The position numbers and the translations under genes are program-made. The notes beneath the pieces are model-generated. The model was given only the letters and a program-made list of their open reading frames with translations. It did not search any database and had not been told where the DNA came from. DNA of 64,000 nucleotides from Centroscyllium fabricii. Lineage: Eukaryota. The stretch is taken from contig JBNRSN020000006.1 in the NCBI GenBank assembly GCA_051313645.2, forward strand, positions 156,054,001-156,118,000, given 5' to 3'. This document shows, piece after piece, positions 61,142 through 64,000 of this stretch (the first letter of the stretch is position 1; every line of letters begins with the position of its first letter).

Positions 61142-61906
61142 GATGTTCCCCAACATCTCTGGGAGTTTATTTGTGTCCTCCTTTGTGAAGACAGAACCAA
61201 AGTATGTATTTAATGGGTCCACCATTCCTTTGTTCCCCATTATAAATTCCCCTGATTCTGACTGCAAGGGACCTACGCTTGACTTTACCAATCCTTTTCT
61301 CTTCACATATCTATAGAAGCTATTACAGTCAGTCTTTATGTTCCCTGAAAGCTTACTCATACTCTATTTTCCCTCTCTTAATTAATCCCTTTGTCCTCCT
61401 TTGCTGAATCCTAAACTGCTCCCAATCCTCAGGTTTGCTGCTTTTTCTGGCCAATTTATAGGTCCTCTCCTTGGATCTTATGCTATCCGTAATTTCCCCT
61501 GTTAGCCAATGTTGAGTCACCTTGTTTGTTTTGTTTTATGCCAAACAGGGATGAACAAATTCTGTAGTTCATCTATGTGTTCATGGTTACAAACTACAGC
61601 AAAAATTAACAATATTTATGAAGTGAATATATTTATCACAGATACAAAAATTATCCTCTAAGACCTTGCATTACTGTATCAATAATAGAGAAATAATATC
61701 ACAAAAAATTTATTAAATCCTTACTGATACTGTGAAAATACAACTCTTCATTTTCCTGGGAGTTGGATTGTGCATTGGCAGGACAGAAAGAAATGAAAGA
61801 TGTTTAACTGCTACGTAATTCTCTCAGTAATGCTCAGAGTGGCAATCTGAAACTGCCATATCCAACCAAAGGTCAGCTCAGCACTACAAAACTAAACAAA
61901 TATCAT

Positions 61907-62827
61907 GGGGGGAAATTTCCCGGGTCAGTGAGGGCGGGTTTCTGGTGGGGCGGGGCCTAAAATCGTGAAACGGGGGGGTCGCGACCCCCCACCGCCGGAT
62001 CCCTGCTGATTAGCAATTTTCCGCGGGCCTGCTTTCCCGCCCCGAATCTTTCATGCCCGACACCGGTGGGGCTGATCGTTGTGCTCATTAGGGGCCCTTA
62101 ATTGGCATTGGTAATCCCATTTTAAGGGCCCCTCGCAATTTTCAAGCGTTTCAGACACATTCTGCACCATCGCGAAACTCCGCCAGTGAAACCTGGCGGG
62201 AACACTATTCTGTTTCTTCATTTTCACCTTCGAGGCATTGAAGCACCTGCAGAAGAATGTCTGCCAGGCCATCAACACCCTGGAGGTGCAACTGCTTCCC
62301 GGGGATCAAAATCAGCTGTGTGAAACACCTTTCTGGAACTTACCTATTAGATGCTTTCTAAAACCTCAGATACCAAACTGCTCCTTTCTGTGAGAATCCC
62401 AGCACGTCCTCACAGCTGTCAATCAACTCTTTTGTGGTTAGCAATCTGTTTGCACTTTGTTGTGATGTCACAATGGACTTTGTAAACAGAAAGTAACCAA
62501 GCACTTCAGGCCTGTCAATCAACTCTTTTGTGGTTAGCAATTTGTTTACACTTCATTGTGATGTCACAAAGGACTGTGCAAACAGTGTGTGAGTATCCAG
62601 CCACTTCACAGCTGTCAATCAAAAGGCCGACAATGAGACAAAACCATTCACTACTCACGACAATTTCTGACTGGAAAGTGTGTATTCGAATCGGCTCTGA
62701 CAGGTGGGGGATTAATTGGCCAATTGAGCCATAATTGTGTGGGCCTCCCAGGCCCTTCAGCGGGCAGGCCAGAAATCCGACCCGCCTAAAACCCGCCAAT
62801 TCACCACACCTGCAGGAAAATTACCCC
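61907..62827. mobile_element. Harbinger-type MITE with internal direct duplication
   Basis: GGGGGGAAATTTCC / GGAAAATTACCCC termini, CAT flanks; ctgtcaatcaactcttttgtggttagcaat repeated at about 62416 and 62512. Confidence 0.78.
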
Positions 62828-62872
62828 CATTATCTCTGTACATTGCGAAATTTCATTGGATTTCCCATATGA

Positions 62873-64000
62873 AGGGCTGGATTTTAATTCAGGGGTGGGC
62901 TGGTGTCTTGTAATCCGCATTTCGTGTTATCCACCTGAATCAAAATAGATGTGGGAGATTGATGCGATTTTAACTTAATTGGCCAATTGAGTTCCAATGT
63001 GTGGGGACCCTTGGCAAATGGGTTTTTCCAGCCTGAAAGTCACCTCCGATGATATCATCACTGTTGCTGCATTTAAGGTCTACAATAAGCCTTGCTTCTT
63101 CTGCAGACTGCCAACCTTTTGGCCTTTCATGCTACAGGGACCTGGAGGCAGAATGACCAGCGAGAGACCTAGGTCTGCTTCCAGGTTTGACGACGTTGCC
63201 CTGCAGTCTTTCGTTAAGGGAGCAAGAGCTCATAAAGATGTGCTCTTCCCTTTTTCAGGGAGGAAGAAGCCTCCCCAGTAGACCAAGGCTATGTGGATCC
63301 AGGTGGCAGAGGAGGTCAACTCATTATCAGTAACCCACAGAACTTGGCTTCAGTGCAGGAAGAGATTTCATGACCTTCTGTGCATTGGAAAAGTGAGTAT
63401 GAATTTCTCATCACCCTCAATCTGATCCCCATTACCTCTCCTCACCAACACTCAGCTTTAGCAATTTCTTCCTCCACATCACACTTGGCACTGACATCCA
63501 TGCACCCTTACCCATTCCCTCTCTCTCTATGGTCACATTCACCTAACTATTCGACTATGCAGCCCTCACACTCCCTATCACTGTGATGCTATGAAAACAA
63601 CTGACAGCACACAGGGATAACCCTTGGTCTTACCACCTCACTCCATCTTTGTCTCCTTCTAAGTATCTATGCTATGGAATCTCTACACTCACTCCTTCAT
63701 TCACAATCAACCGCCACTTGCCTCCCTCATTGCAGGAAAAGAGAGCTCACAATAAGTGAGAAAGAAGGAGGACAGGAGGAGGGCTACCCTCAGTAGCCTA
63801 CCTCATCCCCTGGGAGGAGGTGGTCCTGGAGATCGTAAGAGTGGAGGACGATGCACAAGTGGGGGACGGACAGACGGGTGCATCACAGCAAGCTGGTGAC
63901 AGAATAGTTTTCCATCTCATTGACATTGTGTGAGTCGCTGATAATGATTCTGAAGCTCTAACAGATGGACTTATGATCATCTGCAATATGCAATGTGCAT
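62873..64000 (+). mobile_element. Left end of a divergent Harbinger; Myb/SANT pseudogene exons at about 63129-63392 and 63736-63894
   Basis: GGGCTGGATTTT terminus; RFDDVALQSFVKG..KDVLFP..MWIQVAEEVNS..RTWLQCRKRFHDL, donor GTGAGT; exon 2 EKRAHNK*ERRRTGGG..WEEVVL; in-frame stops. Confidence 0.82.

Larger units (their letters stand above)
57889..61580 (-). mobile_element. CR1 LINE (same subfamily as 2212-5576) with two nested MITEs
   Basis: ORFs with [25 protein letters not shown] and LVRPHLEYCVQFWSP; tail catagaaacatagaa. Confidence 0.93.

Overview
Eukaryotic, repeat-rich genomic DNA, most likely from a cartilaginous fish (shark). The evidence is HE1/V-SINE-like and SacSINE/Deu-like SINEs plus abundant CR1 LINEs. 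The only host coding sequence I can support is the first coding exon of an extracellular heparan-sulfate 6-O-endosulfatase, best read as SULF1 (minus strand, 24970-25141). The rest is intronic or upstream DNA filled with nested mobile elements: CR1, RTE, Rex1/Babar and Penelope retroelements, short solo LTRs, a near full-length two-gene PIF/Harbinger transposon, its deletion derivative, further Harbinger relics, and about ten Harbinger-type MITEs with 3-bp target duplications. Most notable: (1) a 7SK snRNA 5' segment fused directly to a CR1 LINE 3' end, visible only after removing about 7.7 kb of nested insertions (a candidate 7SK-headed chimeric retroposon or SINE); (2) several Penelope-associated minimal hammerhead ribozymes, one in a 224-bp inverted-repeat mini-element with a 10-bp TSD; (3) one V-SINE head carrying two different CR1-derived tails. 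Family names come from recalled motifs, not database searches. Boundaries of old repeats are approximate.
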